In this document: one piece after another, positions 1 through 9,169 of the stretch
How positions within the stretch are numbered: position 1 is the first letter of the stretch
Layout of the letters: each line of letters begins with the position of its first letter
Assembly: GCA_965198175.1 (NCBI GenBank)
Contig: OZ240245.1
Coordinates: 2,528,001-2,592,000 of the forward strand
Origin: Candidatus Poribacteria bacterium
GTDB lineage: Bacteria; Poribacteria; WGA-4E; PCPOR2b
DNA length: 64,000 nucleotides
Direction of reading: 5' to 3'
The notes under the pieces: model-generated
Seen by the model: only the letters and a program-made list of their open reading frames with translations
The model's database searches: none
What the model was told of the DNA's origin: nothing
Translations under genes and position numbers: made by a program

Positions 1-1
1 C

Positions 2-628
2 CGCCTGTTGCGAGCCATCTTGTTGTGTATGAATCCCGCCGCCTTGCAGGGGCAGAATGCAGCTTTCAGGGGTGTGGCGGAGACAGCAGTTTTGCGTTTC
101 ACCGTGCCTCATGTGTGCCACACCTAAGTGAAAGATAGTCTGATTCGCCACCGACCCTGGAACCTTGGGGTTCGACCGGGCAAGCTGTCGAGCTTGTGTG
201 AAATGGTCGATAGCCTCTGCTTCATTCCCCAGGCGAAGCTCCGCCTCTCCCAGTTGCATATGAAGACGCCACCTGATTTGGTTTGACGCATCGGGGGGCA
301 AAGCGGCGAGTTGCCTGCGCATCCAAACCGCGAATGCGTCCCCGATGTAGATATTTTCTTCTGGGGTTCGGTCGGCAATCGCCTGAAGAAGCGCCAGTAT
401 TTTTTGGTGGCCCGGCGTCGCCAGAAGCAGCGGCGTTTCGGTATGTGCAGATTGACTGTCAGGAACGACAGTTGGCGAATCAGCGACATCGGCGAAAGCG
501 TTTTGTGTTATGCCTATCAACCCCACAACAATGGTCACCACACCGAGGGCAAATAATACACCTGAAACCCCTGGTTGGGGCGCGAAGGCGTATCGAAACC
601 ATCGATTTTGGCTTATTGAACGCAGCAT
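2..628 (-). CDS. Secreted TPR-containing protein, probably the N-terminus of a CRTAC1/FG-GAP-family protein (partial, runs off the left edge)
   Basis: Not in the ORF track. Manual translation from ATG 628 is open to the edge: MLRSISQNRWF...LFALGVVTIVVGLIGITQNAFA (signal/TM), TPR-like LHMQLGEAELRLGNEAEAIDHFTQA, and LGVAHMRHGETQNCCLRHTPESCILPLQGGGIH, a motif I associate with CRTAC1-type proteins. Confidence 0.7.
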   Translation of the reverse strand, partial: MLRSISQNRWFRYAFAPQPGVSGVLFALGVVTIVVGLIGITQNAFADVADSPTVVPDSQSAHTETPLLLATPGHQKILALLQAIADRTPEENIYIGDAFAVWMRRQLAALPPDASNQIRWRLHMQLGEAELRLGNEAEAIDHFTQARQLARSNPKVPGSVANQTIFHLGVAHMRHGETQNCCLRHTPESCILPLQGGGIHTQQDGSQQA

Positions 629-717
629 GACGTGCAACTGTTCCATCGTAACAGCATTTGAATTTCCCCATGATTTTCCTTCAGTTCAAGTTGCTTGAAG
701 GCTTATTCAGAGTTGAT

Positions 718-746
718 ATTATACGTGGAAAGCCGCCCTTTTTCAA
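718..746 (-). promoter_or_regulatory. sigma70-like promoter for the 2-628 gene
   Basis: Minus strand TTGAAA-17 nt-TATAAT. Confidence 0.6.
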
Positions 747-787
747 CAAAAACGTGGGGTTTCATATTTCTTCAGCGGAGATTATTG

Positions 788-816
788 TTGACTGGAACGT
801 AAGAAACAGGTAGAAT
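788..816 (+). promoter_or_regulatory. sigma70-like promoter for the isochorismatase gene
   Basis: TTGACT-17 nt-TAGAAT, divergent from the previous promoter. Confidence 0.6.
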
Positions 817-919
817 GACTCAAGCATACCTCCAAAGTAGGCGGTGAAAAGTGCTAGCATTTAACGGACAGTTTGATTTCTGATGAAAACCCTTGTTTTG
901 TAAGTAAGGAGCCACAGTT

Positions 920-1633
920 ATGAGTGAATCATTCTTTGGTCCGGATGTTGGGTTTGGCACACCCGAATTGCAATTGCCCGAGCGTCTACGGCAGCCGCTA
1001 CGCGAATATCTTGAGAAACTGCGCGAGCAGTATGTAGCGATGAACTGGGCACGTCGAGTCGGCTTCGGGATGCGCCCGGCGGTAGTGGTGATTGACCTGG
1101 CTCTGTTTTGGACGCAACCGGACACGCAGATGGGCAGCCATATCGACCCAGTGGTGGAGGCCACATGCCGCATTTTGGAATCTGCGCGGCAATCCCAGGT
1201 TCCCATCTTCTTTTCGACCTACAACTTCGACCCCGATGAGTTGCCAGGGCTGCGACCGAAGAAGGCGCAGTTTGACCTCAAGTCCGAAGACGCGTCACTA
1301 TTTGATCTGGATCCAAGATTGGGCCGACGCCCAAACGAGAAGCTCCTACGCAAGCAGTCGGCCTCGTGTTTCAAGGGGACACCCCTTCGGGCGATGCTCA
1401 CTGCCCTGAACGTGGATACATTGATTGTCACCGGCGTGAGTACCAGTCATTGTGTGTATGCCACTTGCCGCGATGCCTGCGACAGCTTGCGAGTCATTAT
1501 CCCGCGCGAGGCGGTCGGCGAACGCTGTCAGATCATGCATTGGGTGAATCTGTTAGATTTGGACATTGATGTGGGCGATGTAGTGCCGGCGGACGCGGTA
1601 CTTGCTTATCTCAACGAACTGCTGTCGAACTGA
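920..1633 (+). CDS. Isochorismatase-family cysteine hydrolase (N-carbamoylsarcosine amidase-like)
   Basis: RPAVVVIDL, K in LRKQSASCF, GVSTSHCVYAT give the D-K-C triad; AAGGAG RBS. Confidence 0.85.
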   Translation: MSESFFGPDVGFGTPELQLPERLRQPLREYLEKLREQYVAMNWARRVGFGMRPAVVVIDLALFWTQPDTQMGSHIDPVVEATCRILESARQSQVPIFFSTYNFDPDELPGLRPKKAQFDLKSEDASLFDLDPRLGRRPNEKLLRKQSASCFKGTPLRAMLTALNVDTLIVTGVSTSHCVYATCRDACDSLRVIIPREAVGERCQIMHWVNLLDLDIDVGDVVPADAVLAYLNELLSN

Positions 1634-1907
1634 CAACGGCCATTTCCAAATCCCGATGGCGAAACAACTATAAACAACCATCCACTTGACGGAAGGTCGT
1701 TATCCAAAGCGTATTTCTATGTTTTTTTGCAATGTTGTCCGGTGTATAGATATGATATTAGCGTGAGTTTGGTGCGAGTCCGTCCATAAGAGCAGATGAG
1801 CACGCGCTCTGGCTTTCTAGCCTGCCTTCATTGCCAAACCGCACCTGAGATGTTATGTCGAACTAGAGATAAAAAAATGTACCAACAAACGGGGGGCAAC
1901 AATAAAA

Positions 1908-2741
1908 ATGACGATTTCAAGAATCACGATTGGCGAGATGGCTGTTGTTACCCTATATTTCAGTTTCATCTTAATGGGTCACTTCACACGCCAAAGTGCT
2001 GCCGCTATAAATCCCCAAAACATTGTCGGCGCGTGGCTCTTTGATGATGGGGGCGGAGAGGTTGCCACAGATGACTCTGTCAACGGTAATGATGGGGAGC
2101 TGGACGGTGCCGCCGGTGCCGGTCCTCGCTGGGTAGAGGGTCAGTTTGGCACTGCCCTGACGTTTAATGGGCAGGAATGGGTGCACGCTTCCGATGAATC
2201 TTTGCCAGGGGGAATTGAGCCAAGAACAGTCTCGGCATGGATGAAAACAGGAAAGTCTTTTAATGGCATAATCGTTAATTACGGCAGCCACCTGCAAAAA
2301 TTTGGGCCGGGCCGGGAGGTTCAGATGGGTATGTTTAACCAAGAGGTTCCAGGGTATTTTAATGATATCGATAAAAATACAGCACTCGTGGGAAGTGGCG
2401 GCGCTCATACTGGCGGTAAAACGCGGGTCAATGATAGCAAATGGCATCATATTGCCGGCACCTTTGACGGCTTGACATGGACGCTTTATGTTGATGGAGA
2501 GGTTGATGGCGTCGGCGAACCACCCACCGCTACCAAACCTAACGAAGGGCTAAAGATCGGGTTTCCGATAGGGCCTCATGACTGGGGTTTTCAGGGCGTA
2601 ATTGACGAAGTTGTCATCTTTGATGTTGCACTCACTGAGGCTGATGTTAAACGCCTCACGAACGGGCTAGAGGCCGCAAAGGCGGTTTCTCCATTGGGCA
2701 AACTCGCCATGAGCTGGGGCAGCCTGAAGAAGAGGTATTAA
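1908..2741 (+). CDS. Secreted LamG (concanavalin A-like) domain protein, paralog A
   Basis: Signal peptide, GAWLFDD, WHHIAGTFDG, LYVDG, FQGVIDEV; tail VSPLGKLAMSWGSLKKRY. Confidence 0.85.
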   Translation: MTISRITIGEMAVVTLYFSFILMGHFTRQSAAAINPQNIVGAWLFDDGGGEVATDDSVNGNDGELDGAAGAGPRWVEGQFGTALTFNGQEWVHASDESLPGGIEPRTVSAWMKTGKSFNGIIVNYGSHLQKFGPGREVQMGMFNQEVPGYFNDIDKNTALVGSGGAHTGGKTRVNDSKWHHIAGTFDGLTWTLYVDGEVDGVGEPPTATKPNEGLKIGFPIGPHDWGFQGVIDEVVIFDVALTEADVKRLTNGLEAAKAVSPLGKLAMSWGSLKKRY

Positions 2742-2826
2742 CCTTGTGACGCCATTTTGGAGTGCTAATCCATTCCGATGGACATTTGAACGCCTAATGA
2801 AATTTTCCGCTCATGTTGGGTAATTA

Positions 2827-2851
2827 GTAGGGGCAACCCTCGCGGTTGCCC
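2827..2851 (+). repeat. GTAG-type REP-like palindrome
   Basis: GTAG followed by GGGCAACC-CTCGC-GGTTGCCC (8 bp perfect stem); a degenerate partner may lie at about 2875-2901. Confidence 0.55.
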
Positions 2852-2999
2852 TTGATGCGTCGGAGGTAGTGACAGGGCGGGGGCAAGTTCCGGTCTCAGA
2901 CCGAAAATCCTTGATGCGAAGCATCGGGACCTCGCCCCGAGAATCTACAAAGCAATATCCTTTTTGATTGTCAAAATTTATTAGATGGAGAAAAAACAG

Positions 3000-3761
3000 A
3001 TGTCTATGAAGGGTGACCTTAAAGCCGCAATTGATCACCTAACCATCTACGGCTACTGCGTACTGGAAGATCGCATCCCCGAGGACCTGGCACTGAGCAT
3101 GGCTGATCGATTCCTCGAATTGCATGCTGACCCGAAGTGCCAGCCCTACAACACAGGCGATCAGTACTATCAGACACTGTTTGGTATGCTGAACCTGGAC
3201 GATCGAGTCTGGACCTGTGCCAGTCATCCGGACACGGTTGCAATCGCGCAGCATTTTCTAGGGCAAAACTGCCGGGTGCCCGATGCGTGTTCCAAGCCAA
3301 CCTGGCCCGGCGCGCCGCATGGCGGACTGCACGTTGATTCCGCCGGGAACTTCGCCGAGGTTCCCGACGTGCCGTGGATGATCAACAGCATCTGGATGTT
3401 GACGGAGTTCACCGTAGAGAACGGCGCTACAGGCGTGGTGCCGATGAGCCACCGTTCGCGCTTGAAAGGCCCGCCGCCGGACATCACGCCAGACAGCCCG
3501 CTAGTCAAGCCTATCACTGGACGCCCCGGCACGGTGATGATGTGGCACGGCGGGCTATTCCACATGGCTCGCGGCAACACGTCCAACCAGATTCGTGTCG
3601 GACTGAATACAGGCTACTGCCCGCGATGGTTTAACACCTGGGTCGAGGGTGGCCATCAGCCGGTTTGGCCCGAGACATACGCGCGCATGCCGCCGGAAAT
3701 GCAGCGTTTGTGTCTCGGTCGTTTGGGCCGCAACCGCGCGGAACTATACGAACAGTTTTAA
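3000..3761 (+). CDS. Phytanoyl-CoA dioxygenase (PhyH) family Fe(II)/2OG dioxygenase
   Basis: GYCVLED, HVD (HxD), ENGATGVVPMSH, WHGGLFH, downstream Arg; start placed at ATG 3000 after GGAGA. Confidence 0.85.
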   Translation: MSMKGDLKAAIDHLTIYGYCVLEDRIPEDLALSMADRFLELHADPKCQPYNTGDQYYQTLFGMLNLDDRVWTCASHPDTVAIAQHFLGQNCRVPDACSKPTWPGAPHGGLHVDSAGNFAEVPDVPWMINSIWMLTEFTVENGATGVVPMSHRSRLKGPPPDITPDSPLVKPITGRPGTVMMWHGGLFHMARGNTSNQIRVGLNTGYCPRWFNTWVEGGHQPVWPETYARMPPEMQRLCLGRLGRNRAELYEQF

Positions 3762-3827
3762 ACACCTATTTGGAAACTCCATTGCACAGATTACCCTACA
3801 TTTTCATACAACTTTCTTAACGCAAAA

Positions 3828-3836
3828 TGGTATAAT
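3828..3836 (+). promoter_or_regulatory. Extended -10 promoter element
   Basis: TGgTATAAT about 50 nt upstream of the LamG start at 3887. Confidence 0.45.
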
Positions 3837-3875
3837 CCCACTCAGGATTCTGAGAGGGCTTAAACAAGCAAGCGG

Positions 3876-4732
3876 AGGGAATAAAAATGAAAACCACAGT
3901 CACAGGGCTGGCGTCAGGTCTAGTTACTTTAGTTGTCCTTGGGTTGATCCTCACGGGACAAAGTTATGCCAGGATTGACCCTGAGGCCGTTGTTGGCGCC
4001 TGGCGTTTTGATGACGGCAGAGGAGACAACGCAAAAGATTCTTCCGGCAACGGTAATGATGGGAACCTCGACGCGATAGGTTGGGGGGCGCCTAAATGGG
4101 TTGAGGGTAGATTTGGCAAGGGCTTGCAGTTTGACGGAGTGAATAACTATGTTGATTGCGGTGATGATAAGAGTTTGACCCTTATTGATGCCGGAAAGTT
4201 TACATATACCGCTTGGTTCAAACCCGATGTGGTAGACGTTTATCAGGTATTCTTGGCGCTTGGTGTTGGAGGAGCTACCCCGAATACGGGTGATGTCAGA
4301 ACAGCAAACGGAAAGATTTTTGCCTATTGGCATGGTGAAAAAGGTAGGGATGGATTCGGTGTAACAGGGGGGACAACCAAGTTAGAACTAGAAACGTGGT
4401 ATCATGTCGCAGTTGTTTTTGTCAGTGGGGATTCCCCAGTGATTTATCTCAATGGTAAAAATGAAAATGCGGGTGATGCGGGAGGTGGACAAGGTCAGGT
4501 CTTTGCAGGCGAAGGCTGGAAGGCCTGGATTGGGAGGTCATTATATAATGATCACGCGCGGCTTTTCAAGGGCGTCATTGACGAAGTTGGCCTCTTCAAT
4601 GTCGTGCTGACTGAGGGTGAAATTAACGAACTCATGGAAAAAGGACTTGGCGAATTCGCCGCCGTTTCCCCGTCAGACAAATTGGCAACAACTTGGAGTC
4701 GGCTCAAGGAATTTTGATAGACCTTTGCCTAA
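3876..4732 (+). repeat. 857 bp direct repeat, copy 1 (RBS + whole LamG-B gene)
   Basis: Matches 9170-10026 at offset 5294; the only differences noticed are at 4693, 4697, 4710 and 4720. Confidence 0.9.
3887..4717 (+). CDS. Secreted LamG domain protein, paralog B copy 1
   Basis: Signal peptide, GAWRFDD, DSSGNGNDG, WYHVAVV, FKGVIDEV; tail VSPSDKLATTWSRLKEF. Confidence 0.85.
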   Translation: MKTTVTGLASGLVTLVVLGLILTGQSYARIDPEAVVGAWRFDDGRGDNAKDSSGNGNDGNLDAIGWGAPKWVEGRFGKGLQFDGVNNYVDCGDDKSLTLIDAGKFTYTAWFKPDVVDVYQVFLALGVGGATPNTGDVRTANGKIFAYWHGEKGRDGFGVTGGTTKLELETWYHVAVVFVSGDSPVIYLNGKNENAGDAGGGQGQVFAGEGWKAWIGRSLYNDHARLFKGVIDEVGLFNVVLTEGEINELMEKGLGEFAAVSPSDKLATTWSRLKEF

Positions 4733-4736
4733 TAAT

Positions 4737-4871
4737 TGGACTTTGCACAAATTTTTGGGAAGCCGCGTGCTTACTGGATCTCAGCAACGGGCCTCCAAAA
4801 TCGTGGCTGCTTACACCACAAGGGTTTGAGCCATTACCAGTCCGAAAACGTGTGATTTTGTCCAAAGTCCA
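4737..4871. mobile_element. MITE-like non-autonomous element (135 bp)
   Basis: Inverted termini ATTGGACTTTGCACAAA (4735-4751) and TTTGTCCAAAGTCCAAT (4857-4873), 16/17 match; ATAAT direct repeats at 4732-4736 and 4872-4876. Confidence 0.65.
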
Positions 4872-4935
4872 ATAATACCATTTTGAGTTTTTAATGAGGG
4901 GATTGTGTGTCGTATAGATGGCAGGATTCAGAATC

Positions 4936-4964
4936 TTGCGCTGGCATTTTTCCCTCATTATAAT
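4936..4964 (+). promoter_or_regulatory. sigma70-like promoter for the desaturase operon
   Basis: TTGCGC-17 nt-TATAAT; a second TGgTATAAT at 4973-4981. Confidence 0.5.
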
Positions 4965-4998
4965 TCTACAAATGGTATAATATTCATTAAAGGTGAAA

Positions 4999-5649
4999 AT
5001 GGATGCTTGGTTAACTATTCTTACCGTACTCTCACTGGGATACGTTTTCTTTTTAGGACAAATTGCCATCCACAACTGTGTTCACAACACACTCTTCAAA
5101 AATACAAGGAAGTTAAATAACATAGTAGGTAACATACTCTGCTCGATTCAACTTGCCCATTTTGAAGGATGGCGCTCTGCCCATATGATGCATCATCGTT
5201 TTGCCAATACTGATCGCGATCCCCACAAGGTGGATCGTCTACTTGTGCCTTACATCCTCACGCATTACTACCGCATCGCCAAACGGGTTTGGGAGCCGGA
5301 GCGATTTTTTGCTGCCACTCTACCTCCTATTATTGTTGCAGGCACTGTAGTTATGTGGCAAGCACTGATAGGCGAGGGAATGCGTGGATTGAGATGGGGA
5401 ACACTATACTGGCTAATCCCTACAGTGATTAGCCAGTCGTTGATTGCACATTTTAACTATATCACTCATGTTGGCCTTCTGTTCGGGCGGGGTCAGGACA
5501 CGAGAAGTTTTAAAAAAGGCTTATGGCGAGTTATCAACCTCCTTACATTCAGCTTTTATCTACACGCCGAACACCATATAAAACCAAGTGAGGCAATACC
5601 CGTCCCCCATCCTATTTTCCGGGAAAATGAACCATGTGACCTTTCTTAA
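4999..5649 (+). CDS. Membrane fatty acid desaturase / hydroxylase family protein
   Basis: Three His boxes HNCVH, HMMHH, HAEHH plus TM segments; ATG 4999 after AAGGTG. Confidence 0.85.
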   Translation: MDAWLTILTVLSLGYVFFLGQIAIHNCVHNTLFKNTRKLNNIVGNILCSIQLAHFEGWRSAHMMHHRFANTDRDPHKVDRLLVPYILTHYYRIAKRVWEPERFFAATLPPIIVAGTVVMWQALIGEGMRGLRWGTLYWLIPTVISQSLIAHFNYITHVGLLFGRGQDTRSFKKGLWRVINLLTFSFYLHAEHHIKPSEAIPVPHPIFRENEPCDLS

Positions 5650-5659
5650 GAGGAATCTT

Positions 5660-8065
5660 ATGAGCAAATACTTCAGGCCCTTCGTAAAAACAGCTAAACC
5701 ATCTCAAAGTTGGCGGAAGCGGATTTTCGATACAGTGCTCCCATTTGCTGTAGCAGCAGGTATTTTATCCTGTAGTCCGGCTGTCTTATTGGAGCCAATC
5801 GCGCTCAGACGCTACGAGTCCCGGTTTAGCACGTTGCGGGAGCGGGGAACAGCGATCATAAACTACTTGATGAGCTTCGAGACCACGCTTAAGTCCGGAT
5901 CTAGCGATGCGATTGCCCAGATGGCGCCAGATGCCGTGCGGTCTTTGACTGCCTGTGCGGAGCAGCCGGTGAGTTGGGCAAACGTCCCGCGTATCCACAT
6001 CTATCCCTGGGAGCCACCAACAGGCGACGCCAGGGGTAATCCGTGGAAGAACCTTGCGGCACACTGGTCTACCGGTTCCCAGATTTCGCGGAGTTCCCTG
6101 ACGTTGCTGGGTCTCAATATGATTAACAAAACGAACTGTGAACCGGAAATTCGGGTTATCGTGGAGGGCAAGGATAGTGACGGGCGGTTCCGCCAGGATG
6201 CGCTTTATGCTCGGTTGCGGGTGGATTTCTCCGGGGCACTTCCGGTCATCCGGGACGTGATCGAATTCTCAGCTCACTCCCTCCTGCCTACCGTTGATCT
6301 ACTCTTTGCCGACGAAGCTGTAGATCGAGGACTTGACTTCCAACGTCCGGAAGTCGCACTTCGTAGCGACCTCAAATTTGCTGTCTTTACAGCAGTAGGG
6401 GGCGGGATGGCTGTGGGTGACATAGATGGCGACAACTGGGAGGATGTATTCCTCGTTGGCAGCAAACCCAACACCAGCCGCATGTTCCGAAATGTTGAGG
6501 GATACTTTCTGGACATTACGGAACATGCGGGTGTGGCAGACCCAGAGGATAATGCCATGGCCGCAGCAATGGGTGATGTAGATGGTGACAGAGATCTCGA
6601 CCTCGTCGTCACCCATGCGTTTGCTCCACCCATACTCTACAGAAACCGAGGCAATGCGACATTCGCGATGGAACGCTTCCCACCTCTTCCGGGTTCAAAA
6701 GAAGAGGGGGCGACGACTCCTACCTTCGCTGATGTGGACAATGACGGAGATCTTGACTTGTATATTGCGTACCATGCGCCAGCGTCCGATTATGTGCCAG
6801 AAACATTGTTTATCGGGCTTAATGGCGTTCAGGACCGCCTCTACATAAACGATGGAACAGGTAATTTCAGTGAGGAAGCACAGATTCGTGGTCTTAAAGA
6901 ATCACGATGGTCATTACAAGGTGTGTTTGCCGACTTTGATGAAGATGGTGACGTCGATCTCTATCAGGTCAACGACTTTGGGCGCAACACCCTCTATTTG
7001 AACGATGGGACCGGTCACTTTGAGGATGGTACCCTTGAATGGCCGGGTATTGAGGCATTCGGTTTTGGAATGAGCGGAAGTTGGGGAGATTACGATGCTG
7101 ACGGGGATCTCGACTTATACGTGTCCGGTGTGGCGTCGGGTATTGCGTGGTTTGTCGAAGAGCCTGACGTGAGACGTTTCTTTCTACTGAACGCTAAACG
7201 CAGCCAATATCTATCCCCCGAACAGGTTGAACGCATCAAGCAGGACCTGATGCCATTCACGGATGGCAACCTAGCAGATTTCCCCATGGCGTTTAAGGGG
7301 AACCACTTACTTCGCAGGGAGCCCAACCGGTTTGTGGACGTCGGTCCACAAACCGGAACTAATTATGCCCTGTGGTCCTGGGGGGCCGGTTTCATTGATT
7401 TTCAGAATGATGGCCTGGCTGACATCTATTCGACTAATGGGTTCATCACCGGCCAGAAGGCTGATGATCTGTGAATGATCTTCTTTGAGTCGACGGTTCG
7501 TCGGCCACACGACTATTATGAAGGAAGGTTCTACTCCCCTGATTTTATCCTCAATAACTCCTGGAACGGAGCGGAACCTAACTTCGCATACCTAAACCTT
7601 GATGGACAGAACTTTCTCGATGTTGGCTATGTCCTTGGTGTGGATAGCCTGAGCGACAGCCGAGGCTTCGTTCCATTCGATTTTGACCATGATGGAGACC
7701 AAGATCTTCTCGTCGCCAATCAAAATGGATCGACACATCTCTATGTCAATCATTGGGCGGATGCGACGCAGTACCACTGGCTGAAGATCCGTCTTGAGGA
7801 CGAATCCGGCTCACCCCCTTTTGGTGCTACGGTTAAAGTCCGAATAGGAGATCGTGTACAGGCGAAGACGTACTCTCTAGGCAATAGCTATGTGGCTTCA
7901 TATGTTGGGCCGATTCATTTCGGGCTTGGTCCTGCAACCGAGGTGGATTTAGTGGAAGTACTATGGCCTGGCGGAACACACACGCGGATAAATGGGGTCG
8001 CCGTGAATCAGGAGCTGGTTGTGCATCGCACAACCAGCCATGCTTCGGCGGGAAGTTTTCAATGA
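5660..8065 (+). CDS. CRTAC1-family FG-GAP/VCBS repeat + ASPIC/UnbV protein with an in-frame TGA at 7472-7474 (candidate selenocysteine; 801 aa if read through)
   Basis: ORFs 5588-7474 and 7475-8065 are in one frame separated only by TGA. Repeated DxDxDGDxDL motifs occur on both sides; C-terminal HWLKIRL...GATVKV...HFGLG...VLWPGG is ASPIC/UnbV-like. ATG 5660 follows AAGAGGA. Confidence 0.75.
7489..7505 (+). promoter_or_regulatory. Candidate bacterial SECIS hairpin
   Basis: GTCGACG-GTT-CGTCGGC, 7 bp stem with one G-U pair, starting 14 nt after the TGA; G first in the apical loop. Confidence 0.5.
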
Positions 8066-8172
8066 AAAACCCTGGAAAGTTGCGGTTTTGGACGCTGTTG
8101 TTTGTAATTTCGTTGACTTGGGGTATTGCGGGTTGCACCCAATTTGATTGCAGATTAAATGTTGAATTTTGA
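8062..8172 (+). pseudogene. Truncated lipoprotein (signal peptide and lipobox only)
   Basis: ATGA overlap with the preceding stop; MKNPGKLRFWTLLFVISLTWGIAG-C then a stop after 36 aa. Confidence 0.5.
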
Positions 8173-8276
8173 AGCGTGTAGCGAATTTTTGAACCATTCC
8201 CTTATTTTTGATTTTTGCAAAATCAGACCGAGTGGACTAATCCGCGGCAGAGAACAAAATAAAACAAGGAACAACC

Positions 8277-9110
8277 ATGAACCCCATTACCAGAAACTTT
8301 GTCGAAACCACATGCCAAGCGTTTAATGTTAATGGCTATCTGCTCATCAAAGATGCCCTTTCGGCAGAGGAAGTATGTCACGTCAACGAAGCGCTGGATA
8401 GGCTCGACCTGCCGGAGAAGGACGTGCTGTGGGCGCTGGCGGATAAGGACGATGTCTTTCTTAATCTTGTGGACCATCCAAGCACATTTCCCTATGCCCT
8501 GGCGCTCATGGGTGGCAATGTGCAAATGCTCGATACCGCTGTGAACATCATTCCGCCGAATACGGAGGGCGCTGGATGGCACGAAGATGGTCCGTGGCCA
8601 TTGCCATACCCCAGCGTGGACGGCAAACGCCCATTGTTGCACCTAAAGTTTGCTTTCTTTTTGAATGACCTGACCGAAGACGATCGGGGAAACCTGGCTG
8701 TCGTGCCCGGCAGCCACCACATTCCCTTCCCCCGTGACGCAGACCGGTCGGCGCTCTGGGAGTTCCCCGGTGTGATTCCCTTGAAGGTGCGGGCAGGCAC
8801 AGCCTTGGTGTTTCACAACGGACTGTGGCATGCCAGTACCTTTAACCAAACCGATAAGCCACGGCGGGTGGTTTACTGCACCTATTGTCACTCCTGGCAC
8901 CGTGGCTTCAACTACATTACACCTCCCCAATCGCTGCTGGACCGGCTGGAGCAACTGCCTCTTGAGCGAAGGCAACTACTGCGACAACTGTTAGGAGCCA
9001 TTCCCCAGGCGGGGCCAAGGGGAAGGGGGTTGGGCGATCTTTCAGGGGCAGGATACTACTTCGCGAATCCGGAGGACTATCCGGCAATAAAGTTGATTGA
9101 GCATGGTTAA
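8277..9110 (+). CDS. PhyH family Fe(II)/2OG dioxygenase
   Basis: FNVNGYLLIKDAL, WHED, GNLAVVPGSH, FHNGLWH, PRR. Confidence 0.85.
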   Translation: MNPITRNFVETTCQAFNVNGYLLIKDALSAEEVCHVNEALDRLDLPEKDVLWALADKDDVFLNLVDHPSTFPYALALMGGNVQMLDTAVNIIPPNTEGAGWHEDGPWPLPYPSVDGKRPLLHLKFAFFLNDLTEDDRGNLAVVPGSHHIPFPRDADRSALWEFPGVIPLKVRAGTALVFHNGLWHASTFNQTDKPRRVVYCTYCHSWHRGFNYITPPQSLLDRLEQLPLERRQLLRQLLGAIPQAGPRGRGLGDLSGAGYYFANPEDYPAIKLIEHG

Positions 9111-9169
9111 GGATTGGCCTTTCGAGAAACAACACATAGGACGCTGACCGTGCCCTAAACAAAAAATGT

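Noticed and set aside
1771..1830. Cobalamin riboswitch (GGTGCGAGTCC resembles its T-loop)
   Set aside because: The flanking GGGAA, paired stem and B12-box elements are missing.
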